Virus record (IMG/VR): IMGVR_UViG_3300025253_000052
Length of the DNA stretch: 64,000 bases
DNA from: a virus
Direction: 5' to 3' (one strand)
Shown here: in pieces, positions 1 to 9,098 of the stretch
Layout: every line of letters starts with the position of its first letter
How positions within the stretch are numbered: position 1 is the first letter of the stretch
The notes under the pieces: model-generated
What the model saw: only the letters and a program-made list of their open reading frames with translations
Database searches by the model: none
Told to the model about the DNA's origin: nothing
Program-made: the position numbers and the translations under genes

Positions 1-87
1 GTTGAAGAGAGCATGAGCGCAGTTCTGGCCGGCGACCACGTGCTCGTCGCAAAGACTGCATCTGAGCCTCGCCGGGCGGGACTCTGA
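1..87 (+). CDS. 3' end of a gene truncated by the window edge; carries the M-xxx-L...RRxxL C-terminal signature
   Basis: Frame 1 reads VEESMSAVLAGDHVLVAKTASEPRRAGL*, matching the tail of the array genes. Confidence 0.7.
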   Translation, partial: VEESMSAVLAGDHVLVAKTASEPRRAGL

Positions 88-118
88 GCGTCGACCAGGC
101 GGTAGCCCCACAAATGCA

Positions 119-140
119 AACGGCGCCCAAGGGCGCCGTT
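119..140. terminator. Hairpin between convergent genes, probable intrinsic terminator
   Basis: AACGGCGCCC-AA-GGGCGCCGTT perfect inverted repeat, T-rich after it on the minus strand. Confidence 0.65.
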
Positions 141-158
141 CGTCTTCCAGGTTTGCGC

Positions 159-767
159 TCAGTCGCGCAGGGCGAGTGTCGTTGCGACGCGGAAGACGCC
201 GCCTTCCTCCACGGCCGAGATGTGCCCGATCACGACGGGGCCGGCCGCGTCCTTGACCAGTGAGCTGAACATCTGCGGCGTATGCACACCCTTCATCGTG
301 CTGCCGTGCGCCCAGATCGCCGAGTACGCAGCGACGTCGGTATCGAAATGAGCACCGGAGCGTGTCCACTCGTCGCCCATGTCCAGGGCCAGGGTCGGCG
401 CGCCGGCGGCGGCTTGAGTCCAGGCCTTCATCTCGTCCAAGCGCTGGCCAGCGCTCTGTGAGTCGGAGAACGGCTCGCCGATGACGGTCAGGCCCGCGCG
501 CACGACCTCCTTGTCAGCCTCGGCATCTCCGCCCAGCTCCAGGCGGATGGCACCATTGAGCACGCCTGCGGCGTCTCGCATGTGCAGTGTCAGGAAGCCA
601 GTGTCGTCGGATACCACCGGCGGCGCCTCGAAGCCGAAAGCCACCAGCGCCTGCAATGCAGGAAGAACCTGGGCGTACGACATGCCCAGGCGAATGCCCA
701 GGAGGGACTCGCGCCCGACCGGAACGAGAGGAAGCGGCAGGCCGTTGATGGTGTTCATGGTGCTCAT
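159..767 (-). CDS. Hypothetical protein, candidate immunity partner of the upstream lipase
   Basis: ATG 13 bp downstream of the DUF2235 gene stop on the same strand. Confidence 0.6.
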   Translation of the reverse strand: MSTMNTINGLPLPLVPVGRESLLGIRLGMSYAQVLPALQALVAFGFEAPPVVSDDTGFLTLHMRDAAGVLNGAIRLELGGDAEADKEVVRAGLTVIGEPFSDSQSAGQRLDEMKAWTQAAAGAPTLALDMGDEWTRSGAHFDTDVAAYSAIWAHGSTMKGVHTPQMFSSLVKDAAGPVVIGHISAVEEGGVFRVATTLALRD

Positions 768-780
768 GACGAAAGTAGTA

Positions 781-2760
781 CTACATGCGCGGGCCGGATA
801 CAAGCCGCAGGCGCGGCGTCGCCGCTTCCACGTTGCTCGGCCACTCGATGACCTCGGACTTGGCATCCAGCGATGCCAGAAGGCCCTGGCCAATAGTTGG
901 CGGCCGCAACGATCCGCTCGGTTCGGCGCTGCGGTGAACCACCGCGGATGCGGTTCGGTACACGTCGATGCCCCGCTCGATCATCGCATCAGCGAGGACG
1001 GTCAGCGCTTCTGTGGCCACCTTCACCGCACGCGACAGCTCGACGTCACCTCGCGCGACGTGGCCGCCAATGGTGAATGTCGAGCCGTCGGAGCGTTCGC
1101 ACTTGATCCGGAACCAGGGAACGCCAGGAGTCACGTCCATGTGCTCGATGGAGACGGCACGCACGTCCGGGGTGGACGCCAAGATGGTCTCTGCCGCCGC
1201 ATCGAGACAGTCGTAGAACGACGTGTGTTCGTCCACCGAGTCATCAGGCTCGCGCTGGCGCTTGATGGCTTGGCGAATCACCTCCGGCCACGGCTCCTTC
1301 ACAAGTCGACGTTTGAATCCGCGGTCGAGGGTTTGAGCCAAGACAGGGTCCTGCCTCGCGTCGAAAACAGGCAAGCCCTTACCGATGTCGATGTGAAAGC
1401 GTGCGGCGCCGTCCTTCGACAGCACTGCACGAAGCTCATCAAGTGACGGCGCGGCCTGGATGACGACCCCGTGCAAGGTCATCAGCCCGGATTTCACATC
1501 GAAAGCGACCGAGTCGCGCGGCGACGAACGCCAGCATAGGCGTACCGAGCCAGGCCTGTCGCCAGGCGATGTCCAAAATTCGATGCTCGCACGCTGACCC
1601 AGGTGCTCCTTGCGAATCCCGCGCATGGCCTGTTCAGGTGACGACTCGACGACTCGAACCTTCGGCTCCGCATCGCTTCCGTGCCGCGTCACCACTTCAA
1701 GATAGGTTCCATCCCAGGGATGATCCTTGTGGATTGCGCGACGATGTACCGACAGACGCTCCTCCGGGTTGCTGAAGAACGTCCACCAGCGCGAGTCGTT
1801 GGCCGACATTCCTTCGATCTGGCCGAAAGTCGGCCGCTCGCAGTTCACGGGCAGCCCCAACGAGCGCTGGAATTCCGTCATGAGGTAGCGGGACAAGTGC
1901 CGCATGTTGCCGGCCGTGTAGACACCCCCGACATCCGAGTGCCGCGCGCCCGGGATTTCCACCTGGTGCATACGCTTGTACCTGAGCACGCCATCACTGC
2001 CAGGCTTGGCACCTTCCATGTAGACGTTCTTGGCCAACGCCAGCTCGTCTCGGCGACCCTCGTCGATCAGGCAGGTCAGCGGAAACGCGACTCGCTCTTC
2101 GCCGCCGGCGGTCAGGTGCAGCGTGGACACATTCGTTGACGGCAGAGTCAGATCGAGGTCATTCTGTCCGGTCGAGACCGTGTCGAGCAGCACTGCCGAA
2201 GACAAGACCTTGCCCGGGCCCACGCTCGCCTGCACGCGTGGCGTGAGGGTTCTGTTTTCAGCGGCGCGAGTGGACGCGATGCGCAGACCCTTCTCGTGGA
2301 CCATGTTCATGAAATCCAACGCCGTCGCCGAGCCGCGGCTGAATCCGACCACGTGAACGTGGATCACGGCCAGTGGGTCTTCGAGCTTCCACTTTGCGGC
2401 CATCTCGCACAGGTCATCGTAGGCCTGCTTGGCGCGCGGCTCGCAGTTGAAGCCGATCATCGAGTCAAGACCCTTGAGGAACCCTTGGGTGCCCACGCCG
2501 GCGTAGTACGCCGTGGCCAGGGACTTGGACTCCTGCACCGCCAAGTGCTGGTAGGAATCGACAACGAGCGAGTGTTGTTCGTCTTCAGGTGGCGCCTTGC
2601 CCATGTTGTTCTTCGTGCCATCGAAGTGCACGGCAAACACGCGCAGGTGAGGGTTCAGGGGGCCATCGAGGGCGAAGGAGGGGCTCAGCGGCGGGTTGTC
2701 CACGAGGTCGTGGATCACGTTCTTCTGCTTCCCGGTCAAAGGGATCAGTTTGGAGCTCAT
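781..2760 (-). CDS. DUF2235 / Tle1-like alpha/beta-hydrolase (phospholipase effector-like)
   Basis: Motifs HFDGTKNN, YAGVGT, VVGFSRGSA (nucleophile elbow), PGARHSDVGG. Confidence 0.85.
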   Translation of the reverse strand: MSSKLIPLTGKQKNVIHDLVDNPPLSPSFALDGPLNPHLRVFAVHFDGTKNNMGKAPPEDEQHSLVVDSYQHLAVQESKSLATAYYAGVGTQGFLKGLDSMIGFNCEPRAKQAYDDLCEMAAKWKLEDPLAVIHVHVVGFSRGSATALDFMNMVHEKGLRIASTRAAENRTLTPRVQASVGPGKVLSSAVLLDTVSTGQNDLDLTLPSTNVSTLHLTAGGEERVAFPLTCLIDEGRRDELALAKNVYMEGAKPGSDGVLRYKRMHQVEIPGARHSDVGGVYTAGNMRHLSRYLMTEFQRSLGLPVNCERPTFGQIEGMSANDSRWWTFFSNPEERLSVHRRAIHKDHPWDGTYLEVVTRHGSDAEPKVRVVESSPEQAMRGIRKEHLGQRASIEFWTSPGDRPGSVRLCWRSSPRDSVAFDVKSGLMTLHGVVIQAAPSLDELRAVLSKDGAARFHIDIGKGLPVFDARQDPVLAQTLDRGFKRRLVKEPWPEVIRQAIKRQREPDDSVDEHTSFYDCLDAAAETILASTPDVRAVSIEHMDVTPGVPWFRIKCERSDGSTFTIGGHVARGDVELSRAVKVATEALTVLADAMIERGIDVYRTASAVVHRSAEPSGSLRPPTIGQGLLASLDAKSEVIEWPSNVEAATPRLRLVSGPRM

Positions 2761-2878
2761 AGCCGGCCGTGGGCAGAGTGGACGAAATATCTGTGGCGAC
2801 GTAGACTACGTGCTTCAGCGCATACTATACCGTATACCCTGATTTCCAACTCCGCGGCAGCTCTCCGGTCGACCCCAA

Positions 2879-4153
2879 ATGAACTCCATCGTGAACAGCG
2901 GCACGCACCGCCAATGCGCTTGGTCGATCCTGCAGATGACGCCAGCTCGAGTCACCCGCATCTTGGCGCTGAATCGGTTTCTGGATGCTCCCGAAGCGTG
3001 GACCGCCAAGTCCGCAGACCACGTGCGACAACTGGTGCATGACTGTCTCGCTGACGATGGTGAGCCCGTCACGGACGGCCAACTGCTCGCAGGCCAAATG
3101 GTCGTGGCGATGAAAGCGAACAACCGCAACGGTCATTCGGACTTCTGCCCATTGTCGGAGTGGTACGCCAGCACCATCAATGCCCTTGCGCGACTTCATC
3201 CAGAGACACTCGGGGCCGGCGCCTACTGGTCATTGACACCCGTCAGCTCGTTCAACGCGGCTCTCGCACCGACGTTGGCCTCGGCCGGCGCTCTGGTGTC
3301 GCTTACCAAGCTGGCTCCAGCAGTCAAAGGCAACTTCGCCGCGTCGTTCCGCCGCGAGGACATCGATTTGGCCGCCCTCAGGTGCAAGTCTTGGGGCGAT
3401 GCTTCGCGCGCTCGGTGGCTGCACGAAATTGCCACGTCTTTCGGGGCCAAAAGCGGACCGATGCAGCACTCAGCGGTCGTGATCGAAGCGCTCATCGACC
3501 GCGATGCGGTCAGTGACTTGGCGCGGCTCAGCGCCTCGGACACTTCAAATGGCCCAGCTGCACGTCAGTTGCTGGGCGAGCTGGCCAAGAGGGGCGGGCT
3601 GGAAACGCCGATCCTTGGCGCGGCATGGCGCTCGCTCGGGCGCGTCCCAACTCGTGAAGAGCGCGCGCGGCAACTCTTTGGAGCGTACGTCCAGGCGCTG
3701 GTGGCCAAGTGCAAGGATCACGGGAATGCACGCTTTTCGCCGGAGTCGATCAACGCCACGGCGACCGCACTGGGGGCATGCTGCGGGCTCGATGACGAAC
3801 GTGTCACGCATCTGCTGACCGATGCCATGTTCACGCGCATGGACAGCCTCAAGGATGAGCTCCATTGGTCGCATGAGGCGGAGTCGATCTTTGGCTATGC
3901 GGACTCGGGGCAGACTCTTCGCACTTCGTCGGCTCTGATGCACGGCTTTCTTGAGACGCTTCGAATGCGCGGCGCCTTGACGTCGGAGGTGATCGAACAA
4001 GTTGCCGCGCGCCTGAAGTCGCCTATGCACGCTCCATGGGCGAAGCGCTTCTACGACGCAACGCTCACCGGAGTCGCCATGTCACTCATTCTCCGCCCGG
4101 CCTTTGACGGCGCCGTTCGCGCGACGCCGAACGCACGCCGCGCGCCTTGCTGA
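2879..4153 (+). CDS. Hypothetical helical protein with signature tail (AMSLIL...NARRAPC)
   Basis: 424-aa ORF, divergent from the lipase gene. Confidence 0.75.
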   Translation: MNSIVNSGTHRQCAWSILQMTPARVTRILALNRFLDAPEAWTAKSADHVRQLVHDCLADDGEPVTDGQLLAGQMVVAMKANNRNGHSDFCPLSEWYASTINALARLHPETLGAGAYWSLTPVSSFNAALAPTLASAGALVSLTKLAPAVKGNFAASFRREDIDLAALRCKSWGDASRARWLHEIATSFGAKSGPMQHSAVVIEALIDRDAVSDLARLSASDTSNGPAARQLLGELAKRGGLETPILGAAWRSLGRVPTREERARQLFGAYVQALVAKCKDHGNARFSPESINATATALGACCGLDDERVTHLLTDAMFTRMDSLKDELHWSHEAESIFGYADSGQTLRTSSALMHGFLETLRMRGALTSEVIEQVAARLKSPMHAPWAKRFYDATLTGVAMSLILRPAFDGAVRATPNARRAPC

Positions 4154-4171
4154 ACTTTCAAGGAAGCGCGC

Positions 4172-4603
4172 ATGCCAGCCAGCTATACGCTCAACTGCGG
4201 TCAGTACGTGCAGATGCTCGATGGGCGACCCGTCCGCGCCGTCGTAGACGAGGTCGGGCTCGCGTTCGACAAGGAAATTGGTGCCCTGTACCGGCACGGC
4301 GAGGCCTCTGCGGTTCGGAAGTGGACTCAGGAGCGTCAGACGCAGCTACGCGCCGACGGCTGCGAAGGCATGGCCGACAACCTCGTGTGCTTGGCCGGGC
4401 GACTGCCTCTTGAGGAGCTGAACGCCTGCTTGGCCAACCCGGGGCGTCTGCCGGGCCTGTACGAGAAGGCGTTGCGCGGCGAGCTGGCTCCAGAGCCACT
4501 TCCGGCGCCGCTGCCTTTGCGGCCGGCCGCAAGTGCGGCGTCTTCGCCTGCGTCCCCGCCCTCGTCCCCGTCTCGAGTCGGAGTTCGGCGACGACGGCCG
4601 TAG
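4172..4603 (+). CDS. Hypothetical protein with Pro/Ser linker and Arg-rich tail
   Basis: 143-aa ORF ending GVRRRRP. Confidence 0.7.
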   Translation: MPASYTLNCGQYVQMLDGRPVRAVVDEVGLAFDKEIGALYRHGEASAVRKWTQERQTQLRADGCEGMADNLVCLAGRLPLEELNACLANPGRLPGLYEKALRGELAPEPLPAPLPLRPAASAASSPASPPSSPSRVGVRRRRP

Positions 4604-4663
4604 GACTTGCAATTTGCAGCCGCGCAAGACAAGTTCAGCGCAGCAACAAACCTCCGACACCCC

Positions 4664-4876
4664 ATGCCCGCTTCATCCGCTCCCAGCCCCCGCTCGGGCT
4701 TGCAGACCATCGACAGTGCCTGCGACGAGCTCGCCGCAGACGTGCAAGCCTTTCGTGAACACTGGAAGCGCTGCTCGGCCGCTAACCCCCTGGTCTATCC
4801 GGAGGCGCTGAATCCGGGCGACTGGTTCGAGCAGTTCATGGCGTTCGTCACCTCTCCGCGAGGCACGGCCGTATGA
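4664..4876 (+). CDS. Small hypothetical protein
   Basis: ATG at 4664; ATGA overlap with the next gene. Confidence 0.6.
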   Translation: MPASSAPSPRSGLQTIDSACDELAADVQAFREHWKRCSAANPLVYPEALNPGDWFEQFMAFVTSPRGTAV

Positions 4877-5367
4877 GCGCTTTCAAGACGCCTCGTCAAC
4901 TCCTGGATGCTGTCGAGCACGGCATCCACCCGGTCATGTCGTTCACCGCTGCGGCAGCCGACCTGGACTGCTACTTGGAAAAGGGCATGCGTGCCCGGGT
5001 GATCGGCGGCTTCGATGGTGTCAATGGGATGGTGCATCTGGTATTCGACCTGGCCGAGTTCGAGTCACTGAACGTGTCGCTCGAACAGGTAAATCAGATC
5101 AGCTACGCCAGCGGCGACCGCGAGCTGGTGACCCCGCGGCAGAGCGGCCGCTTTCGCCGGCTCGACGACTTCACATTGGCCGGCGACGCCTCGCTTGAGG
5201 AGTACATGACCGTCGTCCCGGACGAGCGCACCATGCTCTACGAGGCCTACGCAGCGAGTCCGGTCTCTGCCGCGGTCACTTACGTGTCGTGGCTCGAAGA
5301 TGCGGTGCTCCACATGCACTCCACCGCTGCGCTGCTCAAGCAGCTCGGCAATAGCCTGCCCGCATAA
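4873..5367 (+). CDS. Hypothetical protein
   Basis: 164-aa ORF, coupled to the upstream gene. Confidence 0.7.
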   Translation: MSAFKTPRQLLDAVEHGIHPVMSFTAAAADLDCYLEKGMRARVIGGFDGVNGMVHLVFDLAEFESLNVSLEQVNQISYASGDRELVTPRQSGRFRRLDDFTLAGDASLEEYMTVVPDERTMLYEAYAASPVSAAVTYVSWLEDAVLHMHSTAALLKQLGNSLPA

Positions 5368-5537
5368 AGGCCTGCGCGCTCAACCCTACCGGGTATCGGC
5401 CGATATCAGCTTGTGGAGCGTGAACTAAACGCCGAGAGTCTGCTCGTAATGCAAATGTCCGCTCAGGCTGACATCTACGAGTGCGCTTGAAGTTTTGCAG
5501 CACTCGATATAGTCTAATTGCTACTGACAACCCAACT

Positions 5538-6632
5538 ATGAAACGGGAGTTCGTTTTGACCAAGTTCAGCAAGAATTCGATGGCCTACTTGGCCCTGCTG
5601 TCGATGACGGTCGCGCTGACCGCATGCGGCGGCGGTGGTGGCTCATCGCCCGCTCCCGTTCCGACTCCGCCGGCCCCTGTTCCCACCCCGGCGCCGACGC
5701 CCTCCGTCGCCGCTTCGGGCACCCTGGTGACATCGGTGGCTGCCGCGTCCTACGCCGCAAGCGCGCCCCAAGCGGACGCCTATGCCGCCCTCAACGACGT
5801 CCGTTCGCACGCCGGCGCCGGCCTGCTGGCGCAAAACGCCTCGCTGGATACGTCCGCGCAAGCCCACGCCGACTACCTGACCACCAACCTGACCACCGTC
5901 GGCCTGACGCACACCGAAGACTCGGCGATGCCCGGCTTCTACGCCGCGACGTTCGACGCACGCGAAACCAAGGCCGGCTACAGCTACGGCACGGGCACGG
6001 AAGTCATCGGCGGCTGCGCCCCAGGCTCGGGCTTCACGTACGGCCTGCTGGCCACCGTCTACCACGGCGCCGCGCTGCTGAGCACGAACATCGACATCGG
6101 CTACGGCGTGGGCACCGACGCCGGGGGCGCCCCGTTGTGCGTCGCCGACCTCGGCACGAAGGCCGGGGTGGGGTACCTGGTGTACGGACAGGTTCCGGCA
6201 GCTGGCGCGCTGGTGGCCTACCCGTACGCGGGCCAGACAAATGTCCAGGAAACGTTCTACGTCTCCTACGAGTCGCCCCGTGTCGATGTGAGCATCCTGC
6301 CTGCGGCCACGGCAGGCACGCCGGTGTTCATCAGCATGCTCAATGCCGACTACCTGAACCTGGGCTCGAACGTCCGTCCGACGGTCACCAGCTTCACGAT
6401 GGTCGACGCCGCAAACAACCCCATCCCAGTCAAGCTCCTGGCGCCGTCCAGCATCACTGCCGGGCCCGGCGTGAGCTTGAACGCCGACAGCAAGCTGGCC
6501 GACGGCCTGGTTGTGCTGGTGCCCGTGTCGCCGCTGGCCAGGAACGCCACCTACACCGTGACGTTCTCGGGCACGCTCAGCGCCTCGACCGCCGCCCTGA
6601 CCAAGACCTGGAGTTTCACAACCAATCCGTGA
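5538..6632 (+). CDS. CAP/SCP-domain lipoprotein with C-terminal Ig-like region (start may be 5580)
   Basis: Lipobox LTAC then GGGGG; CAP-like LNDVRSHAGAGLL...AQAHADYL, H...E motifs. Confidence 0.8.
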   Translation: MKREFVLTKFSKNSMAYLALLSMTVALTACGGGGGSSPAPVPTPPAPVPTPAPTPSVAASGTLVTSVAAASYAASAPQADAYAALNDVRSHAGAGLLAQNASLDTSAQAHADYLTTNLTTVGLTHTEDSAMPGFYAATFDARETKAGYSYGTGTEVIGGCAPGSGFTYGLLATVYHGAALLSTNIDIGYGVGTDAGGAPLCVADLGTKAGVGYLVYGQVPAAGALVAYPYAGQTNVQETFYVSYESPRVDVSILPAATAGTPVFISMLNADYLNLGSNVRPTVTSFTMVDAANNPIPVKLLAPSSITAGPGVSLNADSKLADGLVVLVPVSPLARNATYTVTFSGTLSASTAALTKTWSFTTNP

Positions 6633-6656
6633 TCGACGCCACGCTTGCACTCCAAG

Positions 6657-6680
6657 AGCCCGCTTTCAGCGGGCTTTTTT
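6657..6680 (+). terminator. Rho-independent terminator
   Basis: AGCCCGC-TTTCA-GCGGGCT followed by TTTTT. Confidence 0.85.
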
Positions 6681-6842
6681 GTGATCTAGTGCACAGTCTT
6701 GTCTGCGTATCGTATGCATTATCTGCTGGCGTATTCGGCGCTTCTTGAGTAGACTCAGCGCATCTGGACGGTAGCCACACGCCCGGCAGAAGAGCGCACA
6801 AGCGCCATAGCGACATTTCACCTGATACCCCAAGGAGGGGAG

Positions 6843-7916
6843 ATGACCACCTCGAATCGCCTTGCTGCCCTGAGCGCGCTGTGGCTCGCCGCGCAGGCCG
6901 CGCACGCCACGACGTACATCGACAGCACGAAGATGAACCCGCCGGGCGCCCTGCCGGTCAGCGCGTGCTCGAACCAGGACCAGTGGTACGGCTCCGTGCC
7001 TTCGGGCTGGTACCGCAACAACGTGACGGGCTACTGCTCGCCGATCCCGTCGTGCCCGTACGGCTGGAACTCCGGCACGCAGGCCTGCAACAGCCCGCCG
7101 CCGCCTCCCCCGCCGCCTCCGCCGCCTCCCCCGCCGCCGCCTCCCCCGCCGCCGGTTCCGCCCACCATCGGCTTCACGATGCCGTCGTCCGCCTACGACG
7201 GCAGCACGATGCCGGTGACTTGGTCGACCGCAGGCAACCCTGCGCCGACGGGCGGCACGCTCACGTGCTATCGAGCCTCCGACAGTACGGCGCTCGCGTC
7301 GTGGCCGCTGACGGGTGCCACCGGTTCGGTCAACTTGGGCGTCACCGACGCTCTGTACGGCTCGGACAAGTGCAGCGCGTACGTGACCACTGCGGCTGGC
7401 AACTACACCACCGGCTACTCGGCCCTCACCGTCTCCTGCCCCGGCAGCACCGTCTGGCTGGGTTCGACGTGCGGCGTCGCCGCGCCCCCGCCTTCTCCCC
7501 TGGCGCTGACGGCGGGCAATCAGGACAGGTACGGCTACTTCTGCACCAAGCTGGGCGCGGCCGGATCGCAGACCTTCATGATCCGCGCCAACGGCACCTG
7601 GAGCGTCGGTCGCAGCGGCTTTTCGAGCTACGCCCCCGTGATGAACGGCAGTCCGACGTCGGGAATCTGGACATCCAACTCAGCGCTGCTCTACGAGTAC
7701 ACCATCACCACCGCAACCCACTACATGGGCAACACCTCGCCGACCACGACGACGCTGGCGTGGACGCCGATGACCGACCTGGTGCTCAGCTCGGGCACGC
7801 CTGGCGGCGGCATTCCCGAGGGGGATGGTTACTGGGAGGTCAATATTCGCCAGAAGGGCACGACAACCCCGGTACTCACGATCAAGGTCGATCTGGACAC
7901 CGCCAACGGCGACTGA
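6843..7916 (+). CDS. Secreted Cys/Thr-rich protein with 20-Pro run (adhesin-like), copy 1
   Basis: RBS AAGGAGG, signal peptide ending AHA, poly-Pro, ends DTANGD. Confidence 0.8.
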   Translation: MTTSNRLAALSALWLAAQAAHATTYIDSTKMNPPGALPVSACSNQDQWYGSVPSGWYRNNVTGYCSPIPSCPYGWNSGTQACNSPPPPPPPPPPPPPPPPPPPPVPPTIGFTMPSSAYDGSTMPVTWSTAGNPAPTGGTLTCYRASDSTALASWPLTGATGSVNLGVTDALYGSDKCSAYVTTAAGNYTTGYSALTVSCPGSTVWLGSTCGVAAPPPSPLALTAGNQDRYGYFCTKLGAAGSQTFMIRANGTWSVGRSGFSSYAPVMNGSPTSGIWTSNSALLYEYTITTATHYMGNTSPTTTTLAWTPMTDLVLSSGTPGGGIPEGDGYWEVNIRQKGTTTPVLTIKVDLDTANGD

Positions 7917-7921
7917 CCAGA

Positions 7922-9004
7922 ATGACCACCGCGAATCGTCTTGGCGCCCTGAGCGCCCTTTGGCTCGCTACGCAGGCCGCGCACGGCACGACGTTCATCG
8001 ACAGCACGAAGATGAACCCGCCCGACGCGCTGCCGGCTAGCGTGTGCGCGAACCAGAACCAGTGGTACGGCTCGGTGCCTGCGGGGTGGTACCGCAGCAA
8101 CGTGACTGGCTACTGCTCGCCGATCCCGACGTGTCCATACGGCTGGGACTCCGTCGCCCAGGCCTGCAACAGCCCGCCGCCGCCGCCTCCCCCGCCGCCG
8201 CCGCCTCCGCCTCCTCCTCCGCCGCCTCCGCCATCGGTGCCGCCCACCATCGGCTTCACGATGCCGTCGTCCGCCACCGACGGCAGCACGATGCCGGTGA
8301 CGTGGTCGACCTCGGGCAACCCTGCGCCGACCGGCGGCACGCTCACGTGCTATCGATCCTCCGACAGCTCCACGCTGGCGTCGTGGTCGCTGTCGGGCTC
8401 TAGCGGTTCGGTCAACTTAGGCGTCACCGACGCACTGTACGGCTCAGACAAGTGCAGCGCGTACGTTACGACCTCGGCCGGCAACTACACCAGCGGCTAC
8501 TCGGCGCTCACCGTCTCATGCCCGAACAACACCGTCTGGCTCGGTTCGACGTGCGGCGTCGCTGCGCCGCCTCCCTCCCCTCTGAAGGCATCGGCGGGCA
8601 ACTCGAACTCATACGGCTACTTCACCACCAAGGTAGGCGCGTCCGGGTCGCAGACCTTCACGATTAGCTCGAACGGGACTTGGAGCGTTGGTCGCAGTGG
8701 CTTTGCGAGCTATTCGCCCATGCTGAACGGCAGTCCGTTGTCCGGCACCTGGACTACCGACGCGTCAAAGGTGTACCAGTACACCATCAGCCAGGCCACT
8801 AAGATGTACGCGGCCGGCACCATGTCGCCGTCGACCACCAACTTGACGTGGACCACGCTGAGCAGCATTACGCTCAGCGCTGGCACGCCGGGCGGCGGAA
8901 CCCCGGAAGGAGACAGCACCTGGACGGTCAACATCCGTCAGGTGGGCACCGCGAGTCCCGTCCTCACCATCACTGTCGAACTCGACACGGCCAACGGCGA
9001 CTGA
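7922..9004 (+). CDS. Secreted Cys/Thr-rich protein with 20-Pro run, copy 2 (tandem paralog)
   Basis: MTTANRLGALSALW matches the start of copy 1; also ends DTANGD. Confidence 0.8.
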   Translation: MTTANRLGALSALWLATQAAHGTTFIDSTKMNPPDALPASVCANQNQWYGSVPAGWYRSNVTGYCSPIPTCPYGWDSVAQACNSPPPPPPPPPPPPPPPPPPPPSVPPTIGFTMPSSATDGSTMPVTWSTSGNPAPTGGTLTCYRSSDSSTLASWSLSGSSGSVNLGVTDALYGSDKCSAYVTTSAGNYTSGYSALTVSCPNNTVWLGSTCGVAAPPPSPLKASAGNSNSYGYFTTKVGASGSQTFTISSNGTWSVGRSGFASYSPMLNGSPLSGTWTTDASKVYQYTISQATKMYAAGTMSPSTTNLTWTTLSSITLSAGTPGGGTPEGDSTWTVNIRQVGTASPVLTITVELDTANGD

Positions 9005-9020
9005 CTCGCCGGCGCCCCTC

Positions 9021-9048
9021 AAAAGCCTGCTCTCAGCAGGCTTTTTTC
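9021..9048 (+). terminator. Rho-independent terminator
   Basis: AAAAGCCTGC-TCTCA-GCAGGCTTTTTT. Confidence 0.85.
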
Positions 9049-9098
9049 ATTGCGACACAGCGTTTGAAAATGCTGATGACACGCTGTAGCTTCGTGAC

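Noticed and set aside
7095..7154. Poly-CCG tract as a phase-variable microsatellite
   Set aside because: The tract mixes synonymous Pro codons and keeps the same length in both paralogs, pointing to protein-level constraint.
6881..9004. 707-aa ORF in the ORF track
   Set aside because: Its first half is an off-frame shadow of the 6843-7916 gene; the real second paralog starts at 7922.
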